Assembly: GCA_045644665.1 (NCBI GenBank)
Contig: JAZRHH010000045.1
Location: 22,003-86,002 of the forward strand
DNA from: Clostridia bacterium
GTDB taxonomy: Bacteria > Bacillota > Clostridia > UBA1381
DNA length: 64,000 bases
Direction of reading: 5' to 3'
Made by a program: the position numbers and the translations under genes. This document shows positions 37,735 through 47,482 of this stretch, piece after piece; position 1 is the first letter of the stretch; each line of letters opens with the position of its first letter. The notes under the pieces were generated by a model that was given only the letters and a program-made list of their open reading frames with translations, had not been told where the DNA came from and made no database searches.

Positions 37735-37838
37735 ATATATCCACCCCTCAAACACCATTATAGCACAAACCCAAAGGGTATGTCAATCAACACTAAATAA
37801 AATTCACAAATGTCATAAAATGTTTCAATTCTAATTCA

Positions 37839-37867
37839 TTGACATACCTCGTTAAATGTAGTATAAT
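37839..37867 (+). promoter_or_regulatory. Consensus sigma-A promoter of the ECF sigma operon
   Basis: TTGACA (37839-37844), 17-nt spacer, TATAAT (37862-37867). Confidence 0.65.
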
Positions 37868-37904
37868 TAAAGTATCTATAACAAAATTTAAAGGAGGTGA
37901 GGAA

Positions 37905-38489
37905 TTGACTGAAAAAGAGCTGGTAACGCTTTTAAAAAAAGGCGACCGTGGAGCTTTTAATACACTTATAGAGGAATATCAAAACAAGGTTATTAACATT
38001 GCATACGGTATGCTTTCAGATACAGAGGACGCAATGGACGCCTCACAAGAAGTTTTTATAAATGTTTATAAAAGCATAGGTAATTTTAAAGAAAATTCCT
38101 CACTGTCCACCTGGATATACAGAATTTGCGCAAACGTATGCAAAGATTTTTTAAGGAAGAGGATGAGAAGCGCAAAAACCGTCAGCATTTTCTCACCATC
38201 AGACGAGGAAAATGAAACTATAGAAATTCCTGACGAATCCTCATCGCCTCATGAGCGTTTTGAGGAGTTAGAGCTTAAGGACCAGATAAGAGAGGCAATA
38301 GCGGAGCTATCGGAAGAATTTAGGACAGTACTTGTTCTTTGTGACATAGAAGGGCTTTCATATGACAAAATTGCAGAGATTTTAAAGTGCCCTGCCGGAA
38401 CAGTCAAATCAAGAATAAACAGGGCAAGGAGCGCCCTTCGTAAAAAAATTTTGGAAAAACGGGAACTTTTTAATTCTTCAGGCGTCTAA
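37905..38489 (+). CDS. ECF-type sigma-70 family sigma factor
   Basis: 194 aa from the TTG at 37905 (AAGGAGGTG RBS). Region 2 DASQEVFINVYK and region 4 SYDKIAEILKCPAGTVKSRINRAR. Confidence 0.85.
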   Translation: MTEKELVTLLKKGDRGAFNTLIEEYQNKVINIAYGMLSDTEDAMDASQEVFINVYKSIGNFKENSSLSTWIYRICANVCKDFLRKRMRSAKTVSIFSPSDEENETIEIPDESSSPHERFEELELKDQIREAIAELSEEFRTVLVLCDIEGLSYDKIAEILKCPAGTVKSRINRARSALRKKILEKRELFNSSGV

Positions 38490-38541
38490 GATAGTGAGGA
38501 TATAAAATCTTCGTGTATATTAAAGAAAGGAGGCAACAGCT

Positions 38542-39627
38542 TTGGAAGACATGTTTTTTTATAATATTGATAAATATGTGTATGAAGAATGTTCTGAAAG
38601 TGAAATGAAGCTTTTCATGGAGCATATAAAAAGCTGTGAAAAGTGCAAAGCAGAATATGAACTTGCGTGCCAGGTTAAAGATGCAATGCATGGTATGAAT
38701 AATATTACGCCTCCTGCCGATTTCAGCAAGCTTGTAAACGAGAGACTAGACAGGGAACTTTCAAAGCCAAAAGCAAGAACCTTTATAAAGGCGGGCTACA
38801 GAAAATATTCTGCAGTTGCTGCGTGCCTTGTTCTTGCAGCAGTTCTGGGAGCAGAAAAGGTGGACTTTACAAACGCCCCTGTTATTGATTCAAGTGTCGG
38901 CTTGCAACCTGTTGTGGAAACGGAAGAAACACAAAAGATTGAAATTCCGTCCATAACTCCCGAAGCTGTCAGCGGCGCCGCTTCTACAACTCAAGCGCCC
39001 ACAGTTGAACCTGCAAAAGCATATGTAAAAAAAGACACATATGCTCCGGTAAAAACACCGGATGTAGTTACACCACCGGTTTCTGCGATTGTATCGGATG
39101 TGATTATGCCGCCGGTTGCTACAGAAGCACCTGTTGTAATCACATCGCCGGTTGTTACAAAAGCACCTGCAATTCCCGAACATCTTAATCCGGAAAACCA
39201 GACAGTACTTGCATCCAGTGTTGAAAAGACCTATGAAATATCCGGCGTAAGCCTTGAAGAAGTACCTGTTAAAAAGCGTAATCTTGAAGAGGAATTTGCT
39301 CTTCTTGAAACAACAAAAACAGGTGTTATAGTGGCAAATCCTGCAACAATGTCATCTCTTGACGGTGTTGAGGTAAAAATTAAGAAATCCAATACGGCGG
39401 ATTACGGAGTCGGCAGCGGTTCATTATTTATTGCCGCAAAAGATAAGGAAATAGTAGATGAGCTTATAACAAAATATATTTCTGTAGAGGATAACAGCTG
39501 TTATTTCTTTACAGGCGACAACTTTGACAGCTTCATACAGGAGCTGGATGATCAAGGTGTTGATTATAAGGAAAAGCTTGTTTCCGAAAAGGGTAATAAC
39601 GTAGCAATTAAAGTAGTAGTTGCTTAA
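38542..39627 (+). CDS. Anti-sigma factor (zf-HC2) with TM helix and extracytoplasmic domain
   Basis: HIKSCEKCKAEY (H-x3-C-x2-C), TM segment AVAACLVLAAVLGA and a Pro/Val-rich linker. Follows the ECF sigma gene. Confidence 0.75.
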   Translation: MEDMFFYNIDKYVYEECSESEMKLFMEHIKSCEKCKAEYELACQVKDAMHGMNNITPPADFSKLVNERLDRELSKPKARTFIKAGYRKYSAVAACLVLAAVLGAEKVDFTNAPVIDSSVGLQPVVETEETQKIEIPSITPEAVSGAASTTQAPTVEPAKAYVKKDTYAPVKTPDVVTPPVSAIVSDVIMPPVATEAPVVITSPVVTKAPAIPEHLNPENQTVLASSVEKTYEISGVSLEEVPVKKRNLEEEFALLETTKTGVIVANPATMSSLDGVEVKIKKSNTADYGVGSGSLFIAAKDKEIVDELITKYISVEDNSCYFFTGDNFDSFIQELDDQGVDYKEKLVSEKGNNVAIKVVVA

Positions 39628-39629
39628 AC

Positions 39630-39657
39630 AGGAGCTTTTAAAAGCTCCTTTTTTTTA
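39630..39657 (+). terminator. Intrinsic terminator
   Basis: AGGAGCTTTTAAAAGCTCCT followed by TTTTTTT. Confidence 0.85.
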
Positions 39658-39728
39658 TTAAAAAACCTTGCTTTTTACGAGCTTTTATAGTATAATAATT
39701 TTATATATTATGGGAAGGAAATTATACT

Positions 39729-40757
39729 ATGGAAATGAATGAAAAAATTCAAAAAGACCCTGAAAAATTAAAAGCAATTGATGAAGCTATAAAGGATATA
39801 AAAAAGAATTTTGGTGTAGGAAGTATCATGAAGCTTGGGGATGCTCCAAACGTAGCCGTAGATGCAATTCCAACAGGCTCTCTTACACTTGACGCAGCAC
39901 TTGGTGTTGGCGGAGTTCCAAGGGGAAGAGTAATTGAAATTTACGGTCCCGAATCATCAGGTAAAACAACAGTAGCACTCCACGTTGTGGCAGAAGCACA
40001 AAGAATGGGCGGAGAAGCAGCATTTATTGACGCAGAGCACGCTCTTGACCCTGTTTATGCCAAAAATCTTGGTGTTGATATAGACAACCTTATCGTTGCA
40101 CAGCCGGACACAGGCGAGCAGGCACTTGAAATTGCAGAAGCACTGGTTCGTAGCGGAGCAATTGATATAATCGTAGTAGACTCTGTTGCGGCACTTGTTC
40201 CCAAGGCAGAAATTGAGGGCGAGATGGGTGATTCCCATGTAGGTCTTCTTGCAAGACTTATGTCACAGGCACTTCGTAAGCTTACAGGTATAACATCAAA
40301 AACAGGCACATCTGTTATTTTCATAAACCAGTTAAGAGAAAAAGTTGGCGTTGTATACGGAAATCCGGAAACAACTCCCGGCGGACGTGCACTTAAGTAC
40401 TTCTCCTCTGTAAGACTTGACGTAAGACGTATTGAAGCAATAAAGAACGGCAGTGAGCTTGTTGGTAATAGAACAAGAGTAAAAGTTGTTAAAAACAAGG
40501 TTGCACCTCCATTTAAAGAAGCAGAATTTGATATTATGTACGGCAAAGGAATATCAAAAGAGGGAAATATTCTGGACGTTGCAGTTGGCTTTGATATAAT
40601 TAAGAAAAGCGGCGCATGGTTCAGCTATGACGGAGAAAAGCTTGGCCAGGGACGTGACAACGTAAAGAAATATATGTCAGAAAACCCCGAATTTACAGCT
40701 AAAATAGAAGCACAGGTAAGAGAAATGCTTCTTGAGAGCGGTAATAAAAACAAGTAA
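39729..40757 (+). CDS. recA: Recombinase RecA
   Basis: Walker [10 protein letters not shown] and the L1/L2 regions. 342 aa. Confidence 0.97.
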   Translation: MEMNEKIQKDPEKLKAIDEAIKDIKKNFGVGSIMKLGDAPNVAVDAIPTGSLTLDAALGVGGVPRGRVIEIYGPESSGKTTVALHVVAEAQRMGGEAAFIDAEHALDPVYAKNLGVDIDNLIVAQPDTGEQALEIAEALVRSGAIDIIVVDSVAALVPKAEIEGEMGDSHVGLLARLMSQALRKLTGITSKTGTSVIFINQLREKVGVVYGNPETTPGGRALKYFSSVRLDVRRIEAIKNGSELVGNRTRVKVVKNKVAPPFKEAEFDIMYGKGISKEGNILDVAVGFDIIKKSGAWFSYDGEKLGQGRDNVKKYMSENPEFTAKIEAQVREMLLESGNKNK

Positions 40758-40952
40758 ATCTGCTTGGTAAAAACACCGAAAATAAATAGAATACCAAATT
40801 TTAAATTTGTGTTCTTTACTGAAAATTCAGCATGTTATAAAAAAACAGTTGACGGGCGGAATATTATATAGTATCCTATAGGTATATAATTGCGAGATTG
40901 TCCGCTGTATATCGGGACATAAGTTTGAAAAATTTTAAGGGGGCATTGAAAT

Positions 40953-41216
40953 ATGTTTTCTAAAGAAGTTATCGTAAATAATCAGGTTGGTCTTCATGCC
41001 AGACCTGCAACATTTTTTATACAAAGAGCTAACGAGTTCAAGTCAAGTCTCTGGATTGAAAAGGACGCAAGAAAAGTAAATGCAAAGAGTTTGCTTGGTG
41101 TGCTTTCTCTTGGTATTACCAAGGGCACAAAAATCAGCGTGCTTGCAGACGGCGTTGATGAAGAAGCAGCAGCAAACAGCCTCGTAGAGCTTGTAGAGTC
41201 AAACTTTGCTGAATAA
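40953..41216 (+). CDS. ptsH: Phosphocarrier protein HPr
   Basis: 87 aa. His15 motif GLHARPA and Ser46 region NAKSLLGVLSLG. Confidence 0.9.
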   Translation: MFSKEVIVNNQVGLHARPATFFIQRANEFKSSLWIEKDARKVNAKSLLGVLSLGITKGTKISVLADGVDEEAAANSLVELVESNFAE

Positions 41217-41227
41217 TTAAAATATAA

Positions 41228-41260
41228 ACCGGAAACGAGTAAAATCTTTCCGGTTTTTTT
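41228..41260 (+). terminator. Intrinsic terminator of ptsH
   Basis: ACCGGAAA ... TTTCCGGT followed by TTTTTT. Confidence 0.8.
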
Positions 41261-41265
41261 GTACA

Positions 41266-41296
41266 CAAAAAGAGGTCGCATTTACCTGCGACCTCT
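41266..41296 (-). terminator. Intrinsic terminator of the hydrogenase operon
   Basis: AGAGGTCGCA-TTTACC-TGCGACCTCT with a T-run on the minus strand. Confidence 0.8.
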
Positions 41297-41303
41297 TTTC
41301 TTA

Positions 41304-43043
41304 TTAAAATCTGTTTCTCTTTACATATTTGGTGTGAAGAAGCTCATGACTCTTATGTGAACCCGGCTTTTCAAGGAATTCACTGTAAAGAAGCTTAATA
41401 TCAGGATTTTCATGACTCTTTCTGATAGGAGCATTCTTATCCTCACTATAAAGCGCCTTAGCTCTTTCTGCCTTAACGTCCTTGTCCATGTATCCCTTTG
41501 CAGAAACTATTGGCTGACCGCCGCCTGTTACGCAGCCGCCGGGACATGCCATAATTTCAATAAACTCGTATGACTTTTCGCCTGATCTGATGCTCTCTAA
41601 TAGCTTTCTTGCATTTCCAAGACCGTGTGCAACAGCAATTCTTATATCCTTGCCTGCAATGTTAAGAGTAGCTTCCTTAATGCCCTCTGTCCCACGTACC
41701 ATCTCATAGTCAATCTTGTCAATTGTCTTGCCTTCAAGAATTTCTGCAACTGTTCTAAGAGCTGCTTCCATAACGCCGCCTGTAGCACCAAAGATAACAC
41801 CTGCACCTGTTGCCTCAACAAATGGCTGGTCAAATGCTTCATCAGGAAGCTTGTCAAACTTAATACCTGATGCCTTAATCATTCTAGCAAGCTCTCTTGT
41901 TGAGATAACAATATCAACATCTCTAAGACCGTTTGCTTCCATTTCTTCTCTTGATGATTCAAACTTCTTAGCAACGCATGGCATTACAGAAACTACAACC
42001 ATCTTCTTAGGGTCTATGTTATGCTTTTGGGCATAATATGTTTTCAAGATTGCACCAAACATCTGGTGTGGTGACTTACAGCTTGAAAGATTGTCAATAA
42101 AGTCAGGGAAGTTATGCTCACAGAACTTTATCCAACCCGGGCTGCAAGATGTAATAAGAGGAAGCTTTCCACCATTTTGAATTCTGTCAAGAAGCTCTGT
42201 GCCCTCTTCCATAATTGTAAGGTCAGCACCTGTATCTGTATCAAATACCTTGTCAAAACCAAGACGTCTTAGTGCTGCTGCCATTTTGCCTGTTACAGGT
42301 GTTCCCATTTCAAATCCGAATTCTTCGCCAAGTGCTGCACGAACAGCAGGAGCTGTTTGTACAATAACATACTTGTCTGGGTCTGCAATTGCAGCAAATA
42401 CGTCGTCTGTGCTGTCCTTTTCCTTAAGCGCACCAACAGGGCAGGCTGCAATACATTGTCCGCAGTTTACACAGTTTGACTCTGCAAGTGATTGATTAAA
42501 TGCACATGCAATCTGTGTCTTAAATCCTCTCTCTGTTGCATCAATTGCACCAACTGTTTGTACGTTCTTACATACGTTTACACAGCGGCGGCAAAGTACA
42601 CATTTGTTGTTATCTCTTACGATTGACGGTGAAAGGTCATCAACCTCTCTTGGAATAATCTCGCCCTCGTATCTTATGTCTGTTACACCAAGCTCATCTG
42701 CAAGAGTTTGAAGCTCACAGTTTTGATTTCTTATACATGTAAGACATTTTCTGTCGTGGTTTGAAAGTAAAAGCTCAAGAGTTGCCTTTCTTGCTTTTCT
42801 TACCTTTGGAGAGTGTGTAAGAACCTCAAGACCCTCTGCTACAGGATACACACAAGCAGCCTGGAGAGCTCTTGCTCCAACTATTTCAACAACGCACATT
42901 CTGCATGAGCCTGTTTCTGAATATTCCTTAAGATAGCAAAGTGTAGGAATATCAATACCAACCTCACGAGCAGCTTCTAGTACTGTAAACCCTGCAGGAA
43001 CTGATACTTCCTGACCGTTAATTTTTAAATTTACCATATCCAT
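41304..43043 (-). CDS. hydA: [FeFe] hydrogenase catalytic subunit (multimeric, HydA of HydABC type)
   Basis: 579 aa. N-terminal 2Fe-2S and several 4Fe-4S motifs. H-cluster motifs L1 TSCSPGW, L2 MPCVAKKFE, L3 EIMACPGGCVTGGGQP. Confidence 0.92.
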   Translation of the reverse strand: MDMVNLKINGQEVSVPAGFTVLEAAREVGIDIPTLCYLKEYSETGSCRMCVVEIVGARALQAACVYPVAEGLEVLTHSPKVRKARKATLELLLSNHDRKCLTCIRNQNCELQTLADELGVTDIRYEGEIIPREVDDLSPSIVRDNNKCVLCRRCVNVCKNVQTVGAIDATERGFKTQIACAFNQSLAESNCVNCGQCIAACPVGALKEKDSTDDVFAAIADPDKYVIVQTAPAVRAALGEEFGFEMGTPVTGKMAAALRRLGFDKVFDTDTGADLTIMEEGTELLDRIQNGGKLPLITSCSPGWIKFCEHNFPDFIDNLSSCKSPHQMFGAILKTYYAQKHNIDPKKMVVVSVMPCVAKKFESSREEMEANGLRDVDIVISTRELARMIKASGIKFDKLPDEAFDQPFVEATGAGVIFGATGGVMEAALRTVAEILEGKTIDKIDYEMVRGTEGIKEATLNIAGKDIRIAVAHGLGNARKLLESIRSGEKSYEFIEIMACPGGCVTGGGQPIVSAKGYMDKDVKAERAKALYSEDKNAPIRKSHENPDIKLLYSEFLEKPGSHKSHELLHTKYVKRNRF

Positions 43044-43066
43044 TATGCTCTGTTCATCCTTTCAAC

Positions 43067-44860
43067 TTACTTTTTGTAAATAGCTCCAAACTTACATGAG
43101 CTCATACATACGCCGCACTTGATACACTTGTCAGGATCAATAACAAACGGCTCTTTAACCTTACCGGAAATTGCACCAACAGGACACTGTCTTGCACAAA
43201 GACTACAGCCCTTACACTTATCTCTGTCAATAACGTACTTAGCAAGTGCCTTACATACGCCTGCAGGACAAGTCTTATCCTTAACGTGTGCAATATATTC
43301 GTCTCTGAAATACTTAAGTGTTGAAAGAACAGGGTTTGGAGCAGTTTGTCCAAGACCGCAAAGTGAAGATTCCTTAATGTTATAGCAAAGCTCTTCAAGC
43401 TTGTCTATGTCTTCCATAGTTCCCTTACCGTCTGTTATCTTTGTAAGAAGCTCAAGAAGTCTTCTTGTACCGATACGACATGGAGCACACTTACCACATG
43501 ACTCGTCAACTGTAAATTCAAGGAAGAACTTGGCAATGTCAACCATACAGTTATCCTCGTCCATTACGATAAGACCGCCGGAGCCCATCATTGAGCCAAT
43601 TTGCATAAGTGAGTCATAATCAATCGGAGTATCCATAAGTGATGCCGGAATACATCCGCCGGAAGGTCCGCCTGTTTGTGCAGCCTTAAACTTCTTACCG
43701 TTTGGAATACCACCACCGATTTCCTCGATAATTTCGCGGAGTGTTGTACCCATTGGTACTTCCACAAGACCTGTATTGTTAATCTTACCACCAAGAGCAA
43801 ATACCTTAGTACCCTTACTCTTTTCTGTACCAATAGAATTAAACCACTCGGCACCGTTATTTATAATCTGTGCAATGTTTGCATAAGTTTCAACGTTATT
43901 AAGAAGTGTTGGCTTTGCCCAGAGTCCTGAATTTGCAGGGAATGGAGGACGAGGTCTTGGCTCACCTCTCTTACCTTCGATAGAAGTCATAAGAGCAGTT
44001 TCTTCACCGCACACGAATGCACCTGCACCAAGACGGAGCTCAAGGTTGAAATTAAAGCCTGTGCCAAAAATGTCTTCGCCCAAAAGTCCGTATTCCTTTG
44101 CCTGTGCAATTGCAATTTCAAGTCTCTTAACTGCAATTGGGTACTCTGCTCTGATGTAGATGTAACCTTCATCTGCACCAACAGCGTATGCAGCAATTGC
44201 CATTGCTTCAATTATGCTATGTGGGTCGCCCTCAAGTACTGAACGGTCCATGAACGCACCCGGGTCACCCTCGTCCGCGTTACATGCAACGTACTTCTTG
44301 TCGCCCTTTGCATTGTATGTAAACTTCCACTTAAGACCTGTTGGGAAGCCGCCGCCGCCACGGCCACGAAGACCTGATGCAGTAATCACATCAATTACCT
44401 CTTCACGTGTCATCTCAGTAAGCGCCTTACCAAGTGCCTTGTAACCGTCTGTAGCAATATACTCGTCTATATTTTCAGGGTCAATAACACCACAGTTTCT
44501 AAGTGCTATTCTTTGTTGCTTTTTATAAAAATCAACTTCATTAAGGCTCTTAATTGTGTCTTCTTCAATTGTTTCCTGATATAAAAGTCTCTTAACTATT
44601 CTACCCTTCAGGATATGCTCTTCAACTATTTCCTTAACATCTTCCTTTTCAACTCTGCTGTAGAAAGCACCCTCTGGGTATACAACCAAAATAGGACCAA
44701 GTGCACAAAGACCAAAGCATCCTGTTTTGATTACCTTAATTTCTTTTTCAAGTCCGTTTGCTTTAAGCTGGGCTTCAAGCTCTGCAATAATATTCTCACT
44801 GCCTGAGGATGTACAGCCTGTACCGCCACAGCATAAAATGTGACCTCTTACCATATCCAT
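43067..44860 (-). CDS. hydB: NuoF-like NAD(P)H-binding flavoprotein subunit of the hydrogenase (HydB)
   Basis: 597 aa. FMN/NADH fold (GRGGGGFPTG), a SLBB-4Fe-4S region and C-terminal 2x[4Fe-4S] ferredoxin motifs. Confidence 0.9.
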   Translation of the reverse strand: MDMVRGHILCCGGTGCTSSGSENIIAELEAQLKANGLEKEIKVIKTGCFGLCALGPILVVYPEGAFYSRVEKEDVKEIVEEHILKGRIVKRLLYQETIEEDTIKSLNEVDFYKKQQRIALRNCGVIDPENIDEYIATDGYKALGKALTEMTREEVIDVITASGLRGRGGGGFPTGLKWKFTYNAKGDKKYVACNADEGDPGAFMDRSVLEGDPHSIIEAMAIAAYAVGADEGYIYIRAEYPIAVKRLEIAIAQAKEYGLLGEDIFGTGFNFNLELRLGAGAFVCGEETALMTSIEGKRGEPRPRPPFPANSGLWAKPTLLNNVETYANIAQIINNGAEWFNSIGTEKSKGTKVFALGGKINNTGLVEVPMGTTLREIIEEIGGGIPNGKKFKAAQTGGPSGGCIPASLMDTPIDYDSLMQIGSMMGSGGLIVMDEDNCMVDIAKFFLEFTVDESCGKCAPCRIGTRRLLELLTKITDGKGTMEDIDKLEELCYNIKESSLCGLGQTAPNPVLSTLKYFRDEYIAHVKDKTCPAGVCKALAKYVIDRDKCKGCSLCARQCPVGAISGKVKEPFVIDPDKCIKCGVCMSSCKFGAIYKK

Positions 44861-44884
44861 TTTATAACCATTCCTTTCCTACAA

Positions 44885-45247
44885 TCAAGCGTTTCCTATT
44901 GTGTAATCAGTCACAATATTTCCGTTAACAATATGCTCTGCAACAACCTGCTTTGCTTTTTCAGGAGTCATTTTAATATATGTAACCTTTTCCTTGCCGG
45001 GAGCATAAACCTCAACGATAGGCTCAAGTCTGCACATACCTACGCAGCCTGTTTGTACAACAGAAACGTCCAAAAGATTTCTCTTTGCAATTTCCTCAAC
45101 GAAAGCTGACATAACAGGTCTTGCACCTGCTGCAATTCCGCAGGTTGCCATTCCAACAACTATTCTTGTTCCGTCATTTTCTTTTCTCATTTCCACTCCG
45201 GCAACAGTTCTTTTTCTGATTGCCTCTAAATCTGCTAGGCTCTTCAT
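44885..45247 (-). CDS. Thioredoxin-like [2Fe-2S] ferredoxin domain protein
   Basis: 120 aa. Cys ligands in MATCGIAAG ... TGCVGMCRLEP. Confidence 0.8.
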   Translation of the reverse strand: MKSLADLEAIRKRTVAGVEMRKENDGTRIVVGMATCGIAAGARPVMSAFVEEIAKRNLLDVSVVQTGCVGMCRLEPIVEVYAPGKEKVTYIKMTPEKAKQVVAEHIVNGNIVTDYTIGNA

Positions 45248-45254
45248 AAATTTA

Positions 45255-45803
45255 TCAATCCTTTCTATAAAGCTCGCTTTCGCCCTCTTTTAAGAAGGCT
45301 GAAAGCCACCCGCTTACTTCTATGTTATTAAGGGGAACGCCCCCCAAAATTTCCTTCATTTCACGGGTACTTACTTTAAATTCCTTATCATTATATTTAT
45401 GAACGTATTCAAAATCCGGCTCAGGATTTGAAGTTATAAGAGTAAACATGGTATCTGCCATGTTTCCAAGGGGCTGTCTATCAATATGCGAATGTTTAAA
45501 CCATGCACAAATTTCAGTTCCCACGCCCACCTTGGATTTTATATCAATTCCGCCGTCTGCATTTTCTGCCGCAAGTTTTAAAAGAGGAATACCAAGTCCA
45601 ACCTTTCTTGTAGTACGTTTCGTAGTAAATGGGTTGATTACATTTTTTAAAAATTCCTCGTCCATGCCACAGCCGTTGTCCTTAATACAAAACTTCAGAA
45701 AATCCGCTTTCGTATCCTCTGTAATTTCAATTTCTATAAGTCCCGCTCCCGCAACAATTGAATTTTGCGTAATATCCAGAATATGCAGTGAAATTTCCTT
45801 CAA
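45255..45803 (-). CDS. GHKL (HATPase_c) ATP-binding protein embedded in the hydrogenase operon
   Basis: 182 aa. N-box LDITQNS, G1 DNGCGM, G2 GLGIPL. Confidence 0.75.
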   Translation of the reverse strand: MKEISLHILDITQNSIVAGAGLIEIEITEDTKADFLKFCIKDNGCGMDEEFLKNVINPFTTKRTTRKVGLGIPLLKLAAENADGGIDIKSKVGVGTEICAWFKHSHIDRQPLGNMADTMFTLITSNPEPDFEYVHKYNDKEFKVSTREMKEILGGVPLNNIEVSGWLSAFLKEGESELYRKD

Positions 45804-45818
45804 ATCAAATCACCTTTT

Positions 45819-46310
45819 TTATTGATACTTCTTTAAAATATCCTCTACATCATCAACAACAAGTCGTCCGTAAACATCATCGTTGATTGTGATAACAGGT
45901 GCAAGACCACAAGCACCTATACAACGTGTTGCTTCAATAGAAAACTTACCGTCAGGAGTACATTCGTCAACATCAATTCCGAGTATACTCTTAATTTTTT
46001 CAAGAATATCACCTGAACCCTTTACGTAGCAGGCTGTACCAAGACAAACACCTATCTTATACTTACCCTTTGGATTAAGTGAAAACTGAGTGTAGAATGT
46101 AACAATACCATAAATCTCTGCAAGTGGAATATCAAGTCCCTCTGCTATCATGGTTTGTACCTCTATTGGGAGATAACCGTAAATTTCCTGTGCTTTATGT
46201 AGTACAGGAATTGCTGCACCGTCCTGTCCTTTGTGGGCGGCAATTACTTCAAGCAGTTCCTTTTCCTGCTCCTTTGTACCATTGAAAGGTACAGTCTTCT
46301 TTTCTTCCAT
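45819..46310 (-). CDS. hydC: NuoE-like [2Fe-2S] subunit of the hydrogenase (HydC)
   Basis: 163 aa. CLGTACYVKG ... CIGACGLAP. Confidence 0.9.
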   Translation of the reverse strand: MEEKKTVPFNGTKEQEKELLEVIAAHKGQDGAAIPVLHKAQEIYGYLPIEVQTMIAEGLDIPLAEIYGIVTFYTQFSLNPKGKYKIGVCLGTACYVKGSGDILEKIKSILGIDVDECTPDGKFSIEATRCIGACGLAPVITINDDVYGRLVVDDVEDILKKYQ

Positions 46311-46334
46311 TTATAAACCTCCTGTATATTAAAT

Positions 46335-46352
46335 TTGTCTAATTTTTAACAC
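46335..46352 (-). promoter_or_regulatory. Weak Rex-operator-like inverted repeat downstream of a TTGCAA-17-TATAAT promoter
   Basis: The minus strand reads TGTTAAAAATTAGACA, compared with the clostridial Rex half-sites TGTTAA-N4-TTAACA. The left half is perfect; the right half has 2 mismatches. Confidence 0.25.
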
Positions 46353-46444
46353 TCTTATTTATTATATATTTTTACACTTAAAATTGCAAGTTAAATCTAC
46401 AAAAACTCTCTTTTGCACAAAAAGTTAACGCCCATTTAGTACAA

Positions 46445-47122
46445 TTATTTTCCCAAAAATTTTAAAACTCCCTCAATACTTCTTTCTTCAAGCTCCATAA
46501 AAAATTCCGGCTCCGAAATATCCTCTAAATAATGGGCATCTGAATTAGAAATTATGTTGTAATTTTTGTACTCATTTTCTTTTATGTACCTGTTTTTTGG
46601 AGTAATCTCCAAAGTGGGAGCATCCAAATCCTCGGGTAAAAATCCAAGGTTTGACAAAACGCTGTAGGAGTTTTTATCTATATGTGCCGGCACAGGTACA
46701 CCGCCGCATTTTTTTACTACCTCAAAAACCTCATAAATACTAAGGCTGGTGGCACATATAAGTAAATTTTCTTCCTCACCTGTAATTTCGTCATTTTCGT
46801 CCATATAATACTGGTTTCCGTAAATTTCTGGCTTGTTTTTTATCTTCGGAAGACTTTTCTTTATAATTTCCTCTGCCTTTTTTGCATCTTCTAAATTTTT
46901 AAAGTATGATACAACATGAATATCCTCCGAGGTTTCAATTTCCATGGCCGGAACAACAATTATTTTACCCTCTGCCACCTTCATCACGCTTTCTACATTT
47001 CCGCAGGTGTTGTGGTCTGTTACAGCAATAATATCAAGACCTTTTATAATTGACATATTTACAATATTATTTGGTGTCATGTCAATATCACCGCAAGGAG
47101 AAAGACAAGAATGAATGTGCAT
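46445..47122 (-). CDS. PHP-domain phosphoesterase
   Basis: 225 aa. MHIHSCLSPCGD ... AVTDHNT metal-binding motifs. Confidence 0.8.
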   Translation of the reverse strand: MHIHSCLSPCGDIDMTPNNIVNMSIIKGLDIIAVTDHNTCGNVESVMKVAEGKIIVVPAMEIETSEDIHVVSYFKNLEDAKKAEEIIKKSLPKIKNKPEIYGNQYYMDENDEITGEEENLLICATSLSIYEVFEVVKKCGGVPVPAHIDKNSYSVLSNLGFLPEDLDAPTLEITPKNRYIKENEYKNYNIISNSDAHYLEDISEPEFFMELEERSIEGVLKFLGK

Positions 47123-47156
47123 ATCATAAAAAAGCTTCAGGTTGTATCACCACCTT

Positions 47157-47480
47157 TTACTCTATATTTTTAACTCCAATCGCTGCCTCGTAAGCAGACT
47201 TTTCCGTTGTTATTATCAAAATATCCTCTGCCTTTGCCTTTTCAAGTGTATCCGCATCGGGTGCATACCCGTCACAAATTACAATACATCCCACATCTGT
47301 AAGAGTAGCAACTGCAACAATATTAATATTTGTCTGGACAGTTATCCACACGTTATCTTCTTCTGTGCGGCTCATTGCAAGGCTTAAAAGGTCACCTATA
47401 TAACAACCCTCAAGATTTCTCTCACCATTTCCTGATACTATTTTGCCGGAAAGTTCCCTGCATAATTCAAATCCTGTCAT
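47157..47480 (-). CDS. DRTGG-domain-like small protein
   Basis: 107 aa. Its size, position and the VAVATLTD / IVICDG / ILIITT pattern resemble DRTGG modules found next to sensory hydrogenases. Confidence 0.55.
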   Translation of the reverse strand: MTGFELCRELSGKIVSGNGERNLEGCYIGDLLSLAMSRTEEDNVWITVQTNINIVAVATLTDVGCIVICDGYAPDADTLEKAKAEDILIITTEKSAYEAAIGVKNIE

Positions 47481-47482
47481 TA

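Noticed and set aside
39658-39728. Looked for a LexA (Cheo-type GAAC-N4-GTTC) box upstream of recA.
   Set aside because: No GAAC/GTTC inverted repeat is visible in the 70-bp promoter region, so none is reported.
40055-40546. 163-aa minus-strand ORF. Similar cases: 50313..50813, 54123..54650, 25088..25486, 26453..26830.
   Set aside because: These are shadow ORFs opposite recA, dnaN, the SulP transporter and polA respectively.
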